Assembly: GCA_963668355.1 (NCBI GenBank)
Contig: OY764265.1
Location: 192,001-256,000 of the forward strand
Direction: 5' to 3'
Origin: Bdellovibrionota bacterium
GTDB taxonomy: Bacteria > Bdellovibrionota_G > JALEGL01 > DATDPG01
DNA: 64,000 nt
The position numbers and the translations under genes were made by a program. Of this stretch, positions 1-10,539 are shown piece after piece; positions within the stretch are counted from its first letter, which is position 1; every line of letters starts with the position of its first letter. The notes below the pieces were generated by a model. The model had not been told where the DNA came from, did no database searches, and saw nothing but the letters and a program-made list of their open reading frames with translations.

Positions 1-2
1 AC

Positions 3-953
3 CTCGGAATTACGGAACACGGAAATGTGGAAACGGAAAATGAAGTGTGGTCTTTGGGACAATACGACAACGATACCAAGTATTGGTCCCACCATCATAA
101 CCCCCGCACCGTCGCCAATAATCCAGCCGGAGAATTATGTCTAAATCGTCATCTTACCGGACCGCATATGACGGTTGGCGCAGCTTGTGCTGCCGGCAAC
201 TACGGACTCATTTATGGAGCCCAAAACTTGATGTTGGATGAAGTGGAATATGCACTCTGCGGCGGCGTTTCCGAAGCCATTCATACGTTTGGCATTTTTG
301 CGAGTTTCGCCAGTCAAGGAGCCTTGGCCCTCCTCTCAGAGGAAAATCCCGATCCCACGACACTCAGTCGCCCGTTTGACAAGAACCGAAAGGGAATGGT
401 TCCCTCCGAAGGCGGCTGCCTCTTCGTCTTGGAAACGTTGGAACATGCACACTCTCGCGGCGCAAAGATTTATGGAGAGCTTCTTGGGTATGCAATCAAC
501 ACCGATGCCAAAGATTTTGTCCTTCCCGATAGCGAACGCCAAACGCAATGCATGCGAGGGGCCTTGGACAAAGCCGATCTAAAAGCGAGCGACATGGATA
601 TCGTCAATGCCCATGCAACGGGTACAAAAATGGGCGATGAACAAGAGGCCATGGCCATTGGTCGAGTGTTTGGAGACTACGACTCAGTTTACGTGAATGC
701 CACCAAAGGTTTTATTGGCCATTGCATGGGAGCTGCTGGAGCCCTTGAAATCGCCGGAAACCTCCCATCCTTTACCGATGGCATGATTCATCCAACGCTG
801 AACTTCGAGGAATTTGATGAAAACATGAAAGTGAGAAACTTGGTAACGGAGACAGTAAAAGCCAAGCGCCCCATCAACACCATTTTTAATTTTTCCAGTG
901 GAATGCTGGGTATCAACACGGCAGTCATCATTGGCCGATATAAAGAAGAGTAG
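3..953 (+). CDS. fabF: 3-oxoacyl-ACP synthase II (ketosynthase), 5'-truncated by window edge
   Basis: Catalytic motifs AACAAG, HATGT and K-x-x-IGHCMGAAG; frame is open back to base 3. Confidence 0.9.
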   Translation, partial: LGITEHGNVETENEVWSLGQYDNDTKYWSHHHNPRTVANNPAGELCLNRHLTGPHMTVGAACAAGNYGLIYGAQNLMLDEVEYALCGGVSEAIHTFGIFASFASQGALALLSEENPDPTTLSRPFDKNRKGMVPSEGGCLFVLETLEHAHSRGAKIYGELLGYAINTDAKDFVLPDSERQTQCMRGALDKADLKASDMDIVNAHATGTKMGDEQEAMAIGRVFGDYDSVYVNATKGFIGHCMGAAGALEIAGNLPSFTDGMIHPTLNFEEFDENMKVRNLVTETVKAKRPINTIFNFSSGMLGINTAVIIGRYKEE

Positions 954-972
954 AACAAGAAGGAAAGAACTT

Positions 973-1224
973 ATGACAAGAGAAGAAATCAAAGGCGAAA
1001 TTAAAAACATCATTACAGCCATTGCACCGGATGAAGACATTTCCGTACTCACAGATGACGGAGTCATTCGCGAACAACTCGAACTGGATTCCATGGATTT
1101 TTTGGACATCATCATGGAACTTCGAAAGAGACATAAAATTGAAGTTCCCGAAGCCGACTATCCAAATTTCGTCACGCTCAACAAATGTGCCGATTATTTG
1201 GAACCTCGGATGTCTAACTTGTAA
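973..1224 (+). CDS. Acyl carrier protein
   Basis: LDSMD phosphopantetheine motif; 83 aa acidic protein; AGGA SD before ATG 973. Confidence 0.93.
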   Translation: MTREEIKGEIKNIITAIAPDEDISVLTDDGVIREQLELDSMDFLDIIMELRKRHKIEVPEADYPNFVTLNKCADYLEPRMSNL

Positions 1225-2607
1225 ATGCCTCAATACGACGCGATCATCATCGGAGCCGGAATGTCTGGACTAACGTCTGGAATCCGGCTCGCAATGTTCG
1301 ATAAAAAAGTATGCATTCTTGAAAGCCACTACGTTTGGGGTGGGCTAAACTCCTTTTATAAAAAAGATGGTCGCTCTTTTGATGTTGGTCTTCACGCCAT
1401 GACCAATTTCGCCCGCAAAGGAACGAAAAAAGGTCCTCTTCCAATGGTCGCCCGACAACTTCGCTTGAGCATAGATGATTTCCAACTCTTGGAACAACGA
1501 CACTCTCTGATCAAGTTTCCAGAACACACCCTCCGTTTCACCAATGATTTATCGGATCTTTTGGAAAGCATTCAGCAAGAGTTTCCACAGCACGTCGATG
1601 AGTTTTCCAATCTCTGCCAAAAGGTGAGGGATCATGATGATGGATCATTGAATCCCAAATTGGAGTCAGCACGATCTGTACTACATGAAATCATCACCGA
1701 GCCAAGCTTAATCGATATGATCCTATGCCCCCTTCTCTTCTATGGAAGCGCAACTGAACATGACATGGATTGGAACCAATTTGTCATCATGTTTAAAGCC
1801 ATCTACTTCGAAGGCTTCTCTCGTCCTCATAAAGGGGTTCGAGTGATTCTAAAAAAGCTTCGGGAAACCTTTTTGGAACGAGGAGGAGAACTAAAAACCC
1901 GATGTCGTGTCCGGCGAATCCGGCCTCAAACCTGCGGAGAAATCTGTGTCGAACTGGAAACCGGAGAAACCTTTACAACATCCAACGTCCTTTCTTCAGC
2001 GGGCAAAGCAGAAACTCAAAAACTCCTTGGGTACGAGCCAGAAACGTCAAGCATTGGCCGAATGAGTTTTGTGGAAACGATTTTCTGTTTGGATCGCGAA
2101 CCCAAAGCCTTGGACATCCACAGCAGCATCACCTTCTTCAACCAATCTTCCAATGGATTTTCTTACCGAAAGCCTGAGAATCTCGTCGACTTCACATCTG
2201 GCATCTTTTGCTGTCCAAATAATTTTCAAGATGATCGACGCATGGACGGAATTCTTCGCATCACCAACATGGCCAATCATGATTTATGGCTCAACTTGAA
2301 AACTAGAAATGACAGTTCATACGAACAGGCCAAACGAGAAACCATTCAAACACAACTCGACACACTTGAGTCCATTGTCCCAAAATTTCGAAATCACGTG
2401 ATTTACACGGATTCATTCACACCCTGCACGATCGAACACTTTACCTCTCATATGGGAGGAGCTGTATACGGATCTCCAAAAAAAGTTCTTTCGGGAGAGT
2501 CCGGAACACCGAACGTTTTTCTTTGTGGAACCGACCAAGGATATCTGGGCATTGTAGGAGCGATGCTCAGCGGAATTATTGTGGCCAACCGCCACATACT
2601 GCATTAG
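1225..2607 (+). CDS. FAD-dependent oxidoreductase, phytoene dehydrogenase-like (COG1233 type)
   Basis: N-terminal IIIGAGMSG dinucleotide motif, FDVGLHA, C-terminal GxxGAMLSG. Confidence 0.85.
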   Translation: MPQYDAIIIGAGMSGLTSGIRLAMFDKKVCILESHYVWGGLNSFYKKDGRSFDVGLHAMTNFARKGTKKGPLPMVARQLRLSIDDFQLLEQRHSLIKFPEHTLRFTNDLSDLLESIQQEFPQHVDEFSNLCQKVRDHDDGSLNPKLESARSVLHEIITEPSLIDMILCPLLFYGSATEHDMDWNQFVIMFKAIYFEGFSRPHKGVRVILKKLRETFLERGGELKTRCRVRRIRPQTCGEICVELETGETFTTSNVLSSAGKAETQKLLGYEPETSSIGRMSFVETIFCLDREPKALDIHSSITFFNQSSNGFSYRKPENLVDFTSGIFCCPNNFQDDRRMDGILRITNMANHDLWLNLKTRNDSSYEQAKRETIQTQLDTLESIVPKFRNHVIYTDSFTPCTIEHFTSHMGGAVYGSPKKVLSGESGTPNVFLCGTDQGYLGIVGAMLSGIIVANRHILH

Positions 2608-2621
2608 GAATTGAGACATTC

Positions 2622-4088
2622 ATGAAATTTACCGCTCAAAAAGCAAAGCCAAAATATGATGTAATCGTCGTCGGCAGTGGGCTGGCGGGCTTAACCGCTG
2701 CGAACACCCTAGCCCGATCGGGTTACAGTGTGGCCATCCTGGAACAACATTACAACTTTGGGGGAATGGCCACATGGTTCAAACGAAAAGGGGGACATAT
2801 TTTCGATGTCTCTCTCCATGGATTTCCCTATGGAATGGTCAAAAGTGCGAGAAAGTACTGGAGCCAGGAAATCGCGGATTCCATCCAACAATTGGATTGT
2901 GTCCGTTTTGACAACCCCCAATTTTCTTTTGCTACGAAGTTCGATCGCCAGGACTTCACGGACAAACTGGTGACCGTTTTTAGAATTCCCAAAGAAACCG
3001 TGGACGCCTTTTTTGTTGAAGCTCGGAAGATGTCCCATCTCGATGATACTCGAATGACAACGCGAGACCTCTTTCAGAAATTCTTTCCCAACCGAAACGA
3101 TGTGTGGCGACTTCTCATGGAACCCATTACATATGCCAACGGATCTACCCTCGATGAACCAGCACTCACCTATGGAATTGTTTTTTCAAATTTCATGAGC
3201 AAAGGAGTCTTTACGTTTCGAGGAGGAACAGACCAGCTCATCGCAAAAATGAAAAAGATCCTCATGGAAAATGGTGTAGACCTTTTCAACCATGCACAGG
3301 TTGAACGGATTTTGGTGAAAAATGGTCGCGTTTGCGGGGTTCGAGTTAATGGCCATAATCTGGAGGCACCCATCGTCCTCTCCAATGCAGGAGTCAAAAA
3401 CACAACCGACCAATTGATTGGCCATGAACATTTTCGTTCGAATTTCATTGAACAAATCCATTCCATGAAGCTCAGCACGAGTTCCTGTCAGGTTTACATG
3501 GGCCTTCGTTCCGGCGAATCCATTGAAGATATTGGAGAATTATTCTTTACGTCGAAACATCCCGAATACGATTCGAATGCTCTTTGCAGTTTTCACCCCT
3601 CGAGTCGGACCTTTTCGTTTTACTATCCCAAAACACGCCCAGGACATGATCGCTATTCAATCGTTTCTTCAACCAATGCTCTTTATGAAGATTGGGTTCA
3701 TTTAAGCGACGAAGATTATGAACGGGAGAAAGTTCGATTGGCCAAGGAGACCATCGATGTGTTGGAGGAGTACCTTCCGGATGTGAGGCGAAAAATCGAT
3801 CACGTCGAAGTATCCACTCCCAAAACCTTTGTTCATTACACCCAACATTTTGGAGGCGCGACGTTCGGGACCAAATTTGAAGGATTGGCGGTTTCAATGG
3901 CTCTTCCAGAAGAACTTCCTGGGGCCTATCATGCGGGTTCCGTGGGGCTCATCATGGGAGGGTGGCTCGGAACCGTGAATTACGGTGTCATTGTCGCCAA
4001 CAAAATTGATGCAGATTTAAGCTCACGAAAAGCACCCAAATCCCAGAACACCCAGAAGAGGTCCACATCTTCCATGGAGGCGAGATAA
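2622..4088 (+). CDS. Second FAD-dependent oxidoreductase, phytoene dehydrogenase-like
   Basis: VVGSGLAG motif and FDVSLHG; paralogous to the upstream gene; start moved to ATG 2622 (MKFT). Confidence 0.85.
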   Translation: MKFTAQKAKPKYDVIVVGSGLAGLTAANTLARSGYSVAILEQHYNFGGMATWFKRKGGHIFDVSLHGFPYGMVKSARKYWSQEIADSIQQLDCVRFDNPQFSFATKFDRQDFTDKLVTVFRIPKETVDAFFVEARKMSHLDDTRMTTRDLFQKFFPNRNDVWRLLMEPITYANGSTLDEPALTYGIVFSNFMSKGVFTFRGGTDQLIAKMKKILMENGVDLFNHAQVERILVKNGRVCGVRVNGHNLEAPIVLSNAGVKNTTDQLIGHEHFRSNFIEQIHSMKLSTSSCQVYMGLRSGESIEDIGELFFTSKHPEYDSNALCSFHPSSRTFSFYYPKTRPGHDRYSIVSSTNALYEDWVHLSDEDYEREKVRLAKETIDVLEEYLPDVRRKIDHVEVSTPKTFVHYTQHFGGATFGTKFEGLAVSMALPEELPGAYHAGSVGLIMGGWLGTVNYGVIVANKIDADLSSRKAPKSQNTQKRSTSSMEAR

Positions 4089-4089
4089 G

Positions 4090-4827
4090 ATGGATTTTGA
4101 AAAACAAAATGTCATTGTCACGGGAGGAACCAAAGGAATCGGATCTGCCATCGCAGAGGCCTTTCTCCAAGAAGGAGCCCACGTCACGATGACCTATGCA
4201 CATGACGACACCTCCGCCAAGCAATTCCGAGAAAACCACGCTCAATTCTCCGATCAATTGAGCTTTTCAAAATTCAATGTGGGGAAGACGGACGAGGTCG
4301 AACATTTTTTCAATGAATATGACCAAACCCATGAAACCATCGACGTACTCGTGAACAATGCCGGAGTTCGCAAGGATCAAATCGTCGGCATGCTTTCTGA
4401 GGAAGACTGGGATGCCGTGCTAAACACAAATCTCAAGGGTTGTTTTCTCATGAGTAAATTCGCCGTTCAGCGAATGTCTCGAAAACGATTTGGTCGAATC
4501 ATCAACATCACTTCGCCAAGTGGTCGCTTGGGGTTTCCAGGGCAGAGCAATTACGCAGCTTCAAAAGCAGGAATGGTGGCCTTTACGCGATCCATGGCCA
4601 AAGAAGTTGCCTCACGAAAGGTGACGGTCAATTGTGTCTCACCAGGTTTTGTTCAAACGGATCTCATTGAGGACTTAAAGGACGATGATCTGGAGCGTTA
4701 CAAAAACCTCGTTCCCCTGAAACGTTTTGGACTCCCGGAAGAAATTGCCCATGCCGTTCTTTTTCTGGCCTCTGGAAAAGCCGACTACATCACGGGCGCC
4801 ACATTGGACGTAACCGGAGGGCTTTAA
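4090..4827 (+). CDS. fabG: 3-oxoacyl-ACP reductase
   Basis: TGGTKGIG, NNAG and YAASK SDR motifs. Confidence 0.93.
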   Translation: MDFEKQNVIVTGGTKGIGSAIAEAFLQEGAHVTMTYAHDDTSAKQFRENHAQFSDQLSFSKFNVGKTDEVEHFFNEYDQTHETIDVLVNNAGVRKDQIVGMLSEEDWDAVLNTNLKGCFLMSKFAVQRMSRKRFGRIINITSPSGRLGFPGQSNYAASKAGMVAFTRSMAKEVASRKVTVNCVSPGFVQTDLIEDLKDDDLERYKNLVPLKRFGLPEEIAHAVLFLASGKADYITGATLDVTGGL

Positions 4828-5283
4828 ATGAGCGATAAGGCGAACATTCAAGGCCTCATTCCTCACCGCCCCCCCATGCTTTTGGTAGATGAGGTAACGG
4901 AGTGGAATAAACATTCAAAAACGATTCAAGCCCAAAAAACAATCCGAAATAATGAGTTTTTTCTCCAAGGCCATTATCCCGACTTTCCAATTGTTCCAGG
5001 GGTAATCACCTTGGAGTGCATCTTTCAAACCGGGGCCATCCTTCTCTCCCTCTGCTTTGATGAACTCACCCAGGGAAATAAGGTTCCCGTGGTCAGTCGA
5101 GTGGGAAAAGCAAAATTTTCCCGCATGATTCGTCCCAATGAAGAAATCACACTGAAAGCCGAAGTCACCGAGCAAGTGAGTACCGCTTACTACCTAAAAG
5201 GCTCTGCCGAGGTCGATGGAAAAGTTGCTGCCCGGGTGGATTTTGTCTGCATGGCTGCCAATCGAGAGGAATCGAACACATGA
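4828..5283 (+). CDS. fabZ: 3-hydroxyacyl-ACP dehydratase
   Basis: IPHRPPMLLVD and GHYPxxPIVPGV-x-x-LE motifs. Confidence 0.9.
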   Translation: MSDKANIQGLIPHRPPMLLVDEVTEWNKHSKTIQAQKTIRNNEFFLQGHYPDFPIVPGVITLECIFQTGAILLSLCFDELTQGNKVPVVSRVGKAKFSRMIRPNEEITLKAEVTEQVSTAYYLKGSAEVDGKVAARVDFVCMAANREESNT

Positions 5284-6083
5284 GTTTTTTGAACTTAGAA
5301 TCGAAGACATTTGTCGTTTTTGGCGTTGCAAACCGAAAATCGGTTGCCTACGAGATTGCTTGCGGACTCACCCAAGAAGGTGCCAAAGTGATTCACGTCG
5401 TTCAGGATTCAGAACGGCAAGAAACCGCGAGAAAGATTCTTCCTGAAGATACCGAAATCCATATATGCAATGTGGAGAATGAGGAGGAGATTCGATCCGT
5501 GGCGAAATCGATTGGAGAGAATCATCCGAAAATTCATGGCTTGGTTCATTCCATCGCCTATGCCAATTTTGAAGATGGCATGAAACCATTTCATGAAACG
5601 AAAAAACTGCATTTTCTTCAAACCATGGATGTGTCCTGTTTTTCTCTCATATCGATATGTGATGCCTTCCAGATGTATTTGGATGAAAAAGCTTCGGTGA
5701 TCACAATTTCCATTTCCACCACTGAAATGACTGCGGAAAGTTATGGCTGGATGGCACCTGCCAAAGCCGCGCTGAATTCAACCGTGGCTTTTTTAGCCAA
5801 GTCGTTCAGTCGTTTTTCCCAGGTTCGCTTCAACGCGCTATGTCCGGGGCTTCTCAAGACATCGGCTTCGGCAGGCATCCCAGGCTACATCGACAATTAT
5901 CTTTACGCCGAGAAATGTACACTTCGAGGCAAAGCACTGGAAACCAAGGAGGTTGCCAATACGGGGCTATTTCTACTCAGCGATGCTTCATCGGGGATCA
6001 ATGCCCAACACATCGTGATCGATGCCGGAATGCGCATAAACTATTTTGACAAAAACATCATCGAGACCGTTTCCCGCACATGA
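5280..6083 (+). CDS. fabI: Enoyl-ACP reductase
   Basis: GVANRKSVAY, HSIAYA, YxxMxxAK, LKTSA. Confidence 0.88.
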   Translation: MSFLNLESKTFVVFGVANRKSVAYEIACGLTQEGAKVIHVVQDSERQETARKILPEDTEIHICNVENEEEIRSVAKSIGENHPKIHGLVHSIAYANFEDGMKPFHETKKLHFLQTMDVSCFSLISICDAFQMYLDEKASVITISISTTEMTAESYGWMAPAKAALNSTVAFLAKSFSRFSQVRFNALCPGLLKTSASAGIPGYIDNYLYAEKCTLRGKALETKEVANTGLFLLSDASSGINAQHIVIDAGMRINYFDKNIIETVSRT

Positions 6084-7234
6084 AGTGGACCCTCGACCCC
6101 ACCATCACCTTTTTAAATCATGGCTCATTCGGGGCCTGTCCCGTCTCTGTTTTGGAAAGGCAACAGGAGATCCGAAACCGTTTGGAGAAAGAACCCGTTT
6201 TCTTTTTCACCCAGCTTTTCGAAGAGCTTTTGGATGAATCCCGAAGTGGCCTTGCTCGCTTCGTCGGAACACAGCCACAAAATCTAGTATTCGTGAACAA
6301 TGCCACAATGGGCGTGAATACCATCCTTCGGTCCTATGAGTTCCGTCCTGGTGACGAAATCATCATCACGAACCATGGCTATAACGCCTGTACCAACGCG
6401 GCTGAAGTCATTGCGAAGGAAAAAGGCGTCGTCCTAAAAATGGCAAACATCCCCTTTCCTCTTGAAAGCGGAGAGGAAGTCCTGGAGGCAATCCTTTCGA
6501 AAACAACTCCCAAGACCCGAATTGCACTTGTGGATCACATTACAAGTCCGACCGCCCTTATTTTTCCGATCGAAAAACTCAGCCAAGAGCTTCAAAAGAG
6601 GAACGTGGACCTTCTCGTAGACGGAGCCCACGCTCCCGGAATGATCCCTTTGGACCTAGACGCTTTACACGTCCCTTTCTATACGGCGAATTGTCACAAA
6701 TGGCTTTGTGCTCCCAAAGGCGCGGCTTTTTTATACGTACATCCCAGTCGCCAAAAAGAGATTCGACCGCTTTCCATCAGCCATGGACACAATTCAAACC
6801 GAACCGATAAATCCAAATTTCAATTGGAGTTCGACTGGACCGGTACCCAGGACCCTTCGGCCTGGCTTTCCGTGAATCATGCCATCGAACACATCGAAAA
6901 TTCCTTCTCAGGCGGTTGGGAAGCCCTTATGAGAGCGAATCATGAGTTAGTCCTTTCGGGACGAGATTTGCTCTGCGAGGCTCTAAACTTAACTCCCCCA
7001 GCACCAGACCAATTGCTGGGAAGCATGGCGACACTGCCTCTTCCCGTACCACTGGCTGGAAATCGTGACGTTCCCGACCCCCTTCAGCAACGGCTCTTCG
7101 AATCTCATCAAATCGAAGTTCCCCTTTTTTCCTGGCCTGCTCTCAATCAGCGTTTCATCCGAATTTCGGCTCAGATTTACAACCGCCCAGAAGACTACGC
7201 CCGACTCTCGCAGGCAATCTTAGGCTATCTCTAA
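6080..7234 (+). CDS. PLP-dependent class V aminotransferase (isopenicillin N epimerase / cysteine desulfhydrase-like)
   Basis: LNHGSFGA, DGAH, NCHKW (PLP lysine), WTGT, RISAQIYN. Confidence 0.88.
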   Translation: MKWTLDPTITFLNHGSFGACPVSVLERQQEIRNRLEKEPVFFFTQLFEELLDESRSGLARFVGTQPQNLVFVNNATMGVNTILRSYEFRPGDEIIITNHGYNACTNAAEVIAKEKGVVLKMANIPFPLESGEEVLEAILSKTTPKTRIALVDHITSPTALIFPIEKLSQELQKRNVDLLVDGAHAPGMIPLDLDALHVPFYTANCHKWLCAPKGAAFLYVHPSRQKEIRPLSISHGHNSNRTDKSKFQLEFDWTGTQDPSAWLSVNHAIEHIENSFSGGWEALMRANHELVLSGRDLLCEALNLTPPAPDQLLGSMATLPLPVPLAGNRDVPDPLQQRLFESHQIEVPLFSWPALNQRFIRISAQIYNRPEDYARLSQAILGYL

Positions 7235-7295
7235 AAAATCCACCTGGAAGGAACAGATTCTTTGTGCTACAAGCGGCGGCCTTTTCGAGATCAAC

Positions 7296-9155
7296 GTGTT
7301 GAATTTAAGAAATATATGCATCATCGCCCATGTAGACCATGGCAAAACCACGCTCGTGGACCATCTACTGCGACAAGCCGGGACCTTTCAAGAACATCAA
7401 ACCGTCGACGAACGCGTCATGGACTCCATGGATTTGGAGCGAGAACGAGGCATTACGATTTTGGCCAAAAACACGTCGGTCCGAGTGGGAGACACAAAAA
7501 TCAATATTGTCGACACCCCTGGCCACGCAGATTTTGGGGGTGAGGTGGAACGAATCATGGGAATGGTGGACGGAGCCATTCTCCTGGTAGATGCAGCCGA
7601 AGGTCCCCTTCCCCAAACCCGTTTTGTCTTAGAAAAGGCTTTGGCTCAAAATCAGCGAATTATTGTGGTCATCAATAAAGTGGATCGCTTGGAACAGGGG
7701 GACCCCTATCGCATTCAGGAAGTCACCAATCAGATCTTCGATCTCTTTGTGGACCTCGGGGCTTCAGATGAACAGGCTGAATTTCCCATCGTCTATGCCT
7801 GCTCAAAACAAGGATGGTGCACAACCTCTCTTGCTGACCTTGAAGACCTTCTCTCCAAACGAAAAACGGGAACCTTAAAGCCTCTTTTCGATTTGATCTT
7901 ATCTCTGGTTTCCCCTCCCAAGATTGAAAAAAATGATGAATTTCAACTCTTAATTTCGAACTTGGCCTATTCGGATTACGTCGGAAGAATGGCCATTGGA
8001 AGAGTGCTTTCCGGGAAAGTGACTCAAAACCAACGAATTTTCCGATATGGATTGGACCCAGAACAAAACCCTGTTCTCGAAGCCTTTGTCACGCCTCACA
8101 TTTACACCTTTGAAGGCCTCAACCAAAAAGAGGTGGACTCGTTGCACGCCGGAGACATCGGGCTCTTAACCGGAATAGAGTCCTTCCAGATTGGAGACAC
8201 GCTATCCAGTTCGGACTCCATTGATCCTCTTCGACGAATTTCGGTGGAAAAACCAACCTTGGGAATGACGTTTTCCATAAATACTTCCCCTTACTCGGGG
8301 AAAGAGGGAGAAGCCATACAATCTCGAAAGCTTCGAGAACGACTGCTCAAAGAAGTTCGCCAAAATGTAGCGCTTCGATTCGAAGAAATGGATACGCCCG
8401 ATCAATTTCGCATTCTTGGGCGAGGAGAATTGCAGATGGCCATTCTGATCGAACAGATGCGTCGTGAAGGTTTTGAATTCATGGTTGGCAAGCCGATTGT
8501 TCTCATGAAAGAGGGCCCAAATGGCGAGAAACTGGAGCCCATTGAACGGGCCGTGTTGGACTTGCCTGAAGAATATGTTGGGGCAGTTACTCAAATGTTT
8601 CAACAACGAAAAGGCCTCGTTGATAAGATCGAGAAACACCGCAGCCGGGTTCGCCTTGAGATCATCATTCCCACCCGAGGCATGTTGGGTTTAAGGTCTC
8701 GATACCTATCGATGACCAGAGGAGAAGGATTGTTCAGCCGAGAATGGATTGGTCATGAACCTTCGAGGGGAGAAATCATTCACAGAATCAATGGAGCCAT
8801 GGTCGCAGATCGATCTGGAAAGACCGTAGAGTATGCCATGCTCAATTTGGAAGACCGTGGAATTCTCTTTGTTAAACCCCGTGTGCCCGTTTACGAAGGA
8901 ATGATTGTTGGCGAATGCAACAAAGACAATGATCTCAACGTAAACATTTGCCGTGAAAAGAAGCTCACAAATATTCGCGCGGCTCACGCTGAAATACTGG
9001 TAACCCTTTCCGGCATTCGCGAGATGTCATTAGAAAAATCAATCGAATGGATTGATGAAGATGAATGGATCGAAGTCACCCCCAAAACCATTCGGCTGAG
9101 GAAAAAGATTCTGCCTCAAAATCAACGAAGTGTGAAACGCTCGGCTCGAAAGTAG
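7296..9155 (+). CDS. typA: Translational GTPase TypA/BipA
   Basis: [47 protein letters not shown]. Confidence 0.97.
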   Translation: MLNLRNICIIAHVDHGKTTLVDHLLRQAGTFQEHQTVDERVMDSMDLERERGITILAKNTSVRVGDTKINIVDTPGHADFGGEVERIMGMVDGAILLVDAAEGPLPQTRFVLEKALAQNQRIIVVINKVDRLEQGDPYRIQEVTNQIFDLFVDLGASDEQAEFPIVYACSKQGWCTTSLADLEDLLSKRKTGTLKPLFDLILSLVSPPKIEKNDEFQLLISNLAYSDYVGRMAIGRVLSGKVTQNQRIFRYGLDPEQNPVLEAFVTPHIYTFEGLNQKEVDSLHAGDIGLLTGIESFQIGDTLSSSDSIDPLRRISVEKPTLGMTFSINTSPYSGKEGEAIQSRKLRERLLKEVRQNVALRFEEMDTPDQFRILGRGELQMAILIEQMRREGFEFMVGKPIVLMKEGPNGEKLEPIERAVLDLPEEYVGAVTQMFQQRKGLVDKIEKHRSRVRLEIIIPTRGMLGLRSRYLSMTRGEGLFSREWIGHEPSRGEIIHRINGAMVADRSGKTVEYAMLNLEDRGILFVKPRVPVYEGMIVGECNKDNDLNVNICREKKLTNIRAAHAEILVTLSGIREMSLEKSIEWIDEDEWIEVTPKTIRLRKKILPQNQRSVKRSARK

Positions 9156-9233
9156 CCTCCAATCATTCATCTAACGCATATCTTCCTACGCATGGGAAGC
9201 AGCGTGAGAGTTTGATATAGTCATGACTCCAAA

Positions 9234-9890
9234 ATGATTGAGAAAAAACAAAAGATCCTGCGTTTTCTAAAATCCAACTGGGGATTCCCCGTTGCCATTC
9301 TTTGCGCGCTCGCTTTTCGCTCCACCTTCGCCAGCCAGTATAACGTTCCCACCGGATCCATGATTCCAACGATTCAAATTGGGGATCATATATTCGCCAA
9401 TAAAATGGCCTATGATCTACGCATCCCCTTCACTACACGGAGCCTGATCCGGATTTCGGAACCTAAACGAGGAGAGGTCATTGTCTTTGCCAATCCGCGA
9501 GATCCTTCGGGGATTCCCCTGGTCAAACGATTGATCGGGTTACCGGGAGATCGTTTAGAAATCATTGATGGGTGGATTTGGATCAATGGAAAAGCCCTTC
9601 CAATCAAAGAAGGAGAGAAGCCTCTTCTCTTTGAAGAAACGATGGGCTCCATTGCCCATCAAGTACAACGCATTCCCTCCCAAATGCGACCCGAACATTT
9701 GGGCTTTGTGGTTCCAGAGGGTCACTATTTTTTCATGGGAGACAATCGAGACAATAGCGCTGACAGTCGCGTCTGGGGATTTGTCCCGAGAAATCTTTTG
9801 CTCGGCCAAGCCAAATGGATTCTCTACACGCTGAATTGGGAAAGCTGGAAACCGGATTTTAATACGGAGCGAAGTTTCAAAACGCTCTAA
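9234..9890 (+). CDS. lepB: Signal peptidase I
   Basis: GSMIPT (Ser), VKRLIG (Lys), GDNRDNSADSR. Confidence 0.95.
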   Translation: MIEKKQKILRFLKSNWGFPVAILCALAFRSTFASQYNVPTGSMIPTIQIGDHIFANKMAYDLRIPFTTRSLIRISEPKRGEVIVFANPRDPSGIPLVKRLIGLPGDRLEIIDGWIWINGKALPIKEGEKPLLFEETMGSIAHQVQRIPSQMRPEHLGFVVPEGHYFFMGDNRDNSADSRVWGFVPRNLLLGQAKWILYTLNWESWKPDFNTERSFKTL

Positions 9891-9897
9891 CTAGAAC

Positions 9898-10539
9898 CTA
9901 CTGAACTGAAAGCCTCGATTCGACAGCGTCACGAAGGCGACCACACGTCTCAATGTATTCGACCATTTCTTCTGACGAAATGTACTCGGCTAAACCTTCC
10001 AAAAAAGATCCCTCAAACACGGCGTCCAATTCTTGGCTCGTCCTCACTCTTTCACAAGCGAACTCAAGCAAGTGAAGATCCAGCGTTGTGTTATGCAACA
10101 CGAGTCTTCGCAATTCCAAAATTTCGCCCAACGAACTGTTTTGCACGATATTTAAGTACTGCTCTTGGGAGAGGCCATATTTAGGATCGACAAAGAAGCG
10201 ACTGAAAAACTGGCCTCGGGCTTTCGGACCAAAAGCTCCTTCAGACAAACGATCCACTTCATAAAACCAACCCAATAAATCATCGAAAGAATTCGCTTTT
10301 TGGCCATTCCATAAATTGGCCAGAAACGCCCATGGAGAGAAACTTCCCGACTCAAGGACCCTTCGAGGAGGAAACATTTGGATCCGCTGCTCCAACGTAT
10401 AATCCAATTTCGCGACCTGTTTGAGAATCGCGATCTGGGCACGAACAATGTCATCCCCCGCATCTGGAGCCAAACTGACCACTTCCTCGACCTTCATCTC
10501 CGAGACGTAGAAATCGGATAGATCCCAATAGAGATCCAA
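9898..10539 (-). CDS. Hypothetical protein, possibly the 3' part of a frameshifted gene
   Basis: 213-aa ORF with a TTG start and no SD; overlaps the upstream ORF by 89 nt. Confidence 0.55.
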   Translation of the reverse strand: MDLYWDLSDFYVSEMKVEEVVSLAPDAGDDIVRAQIAILKQVAKLDYTLEQRIQMFPPRRVLESGSFSPWAFLANLWNGQKANSFDDLLGWFYEVDRLSEGAFGPKARGQFFSRFFVDPKYGLSQEQYLNIVQNSSLGEILELRRLVLHNTTLDLHLLEFACERVRTSQELDAVFEGSFLEGLAEYISSEEMVEYIETCGRLRDAVESRLSVQ

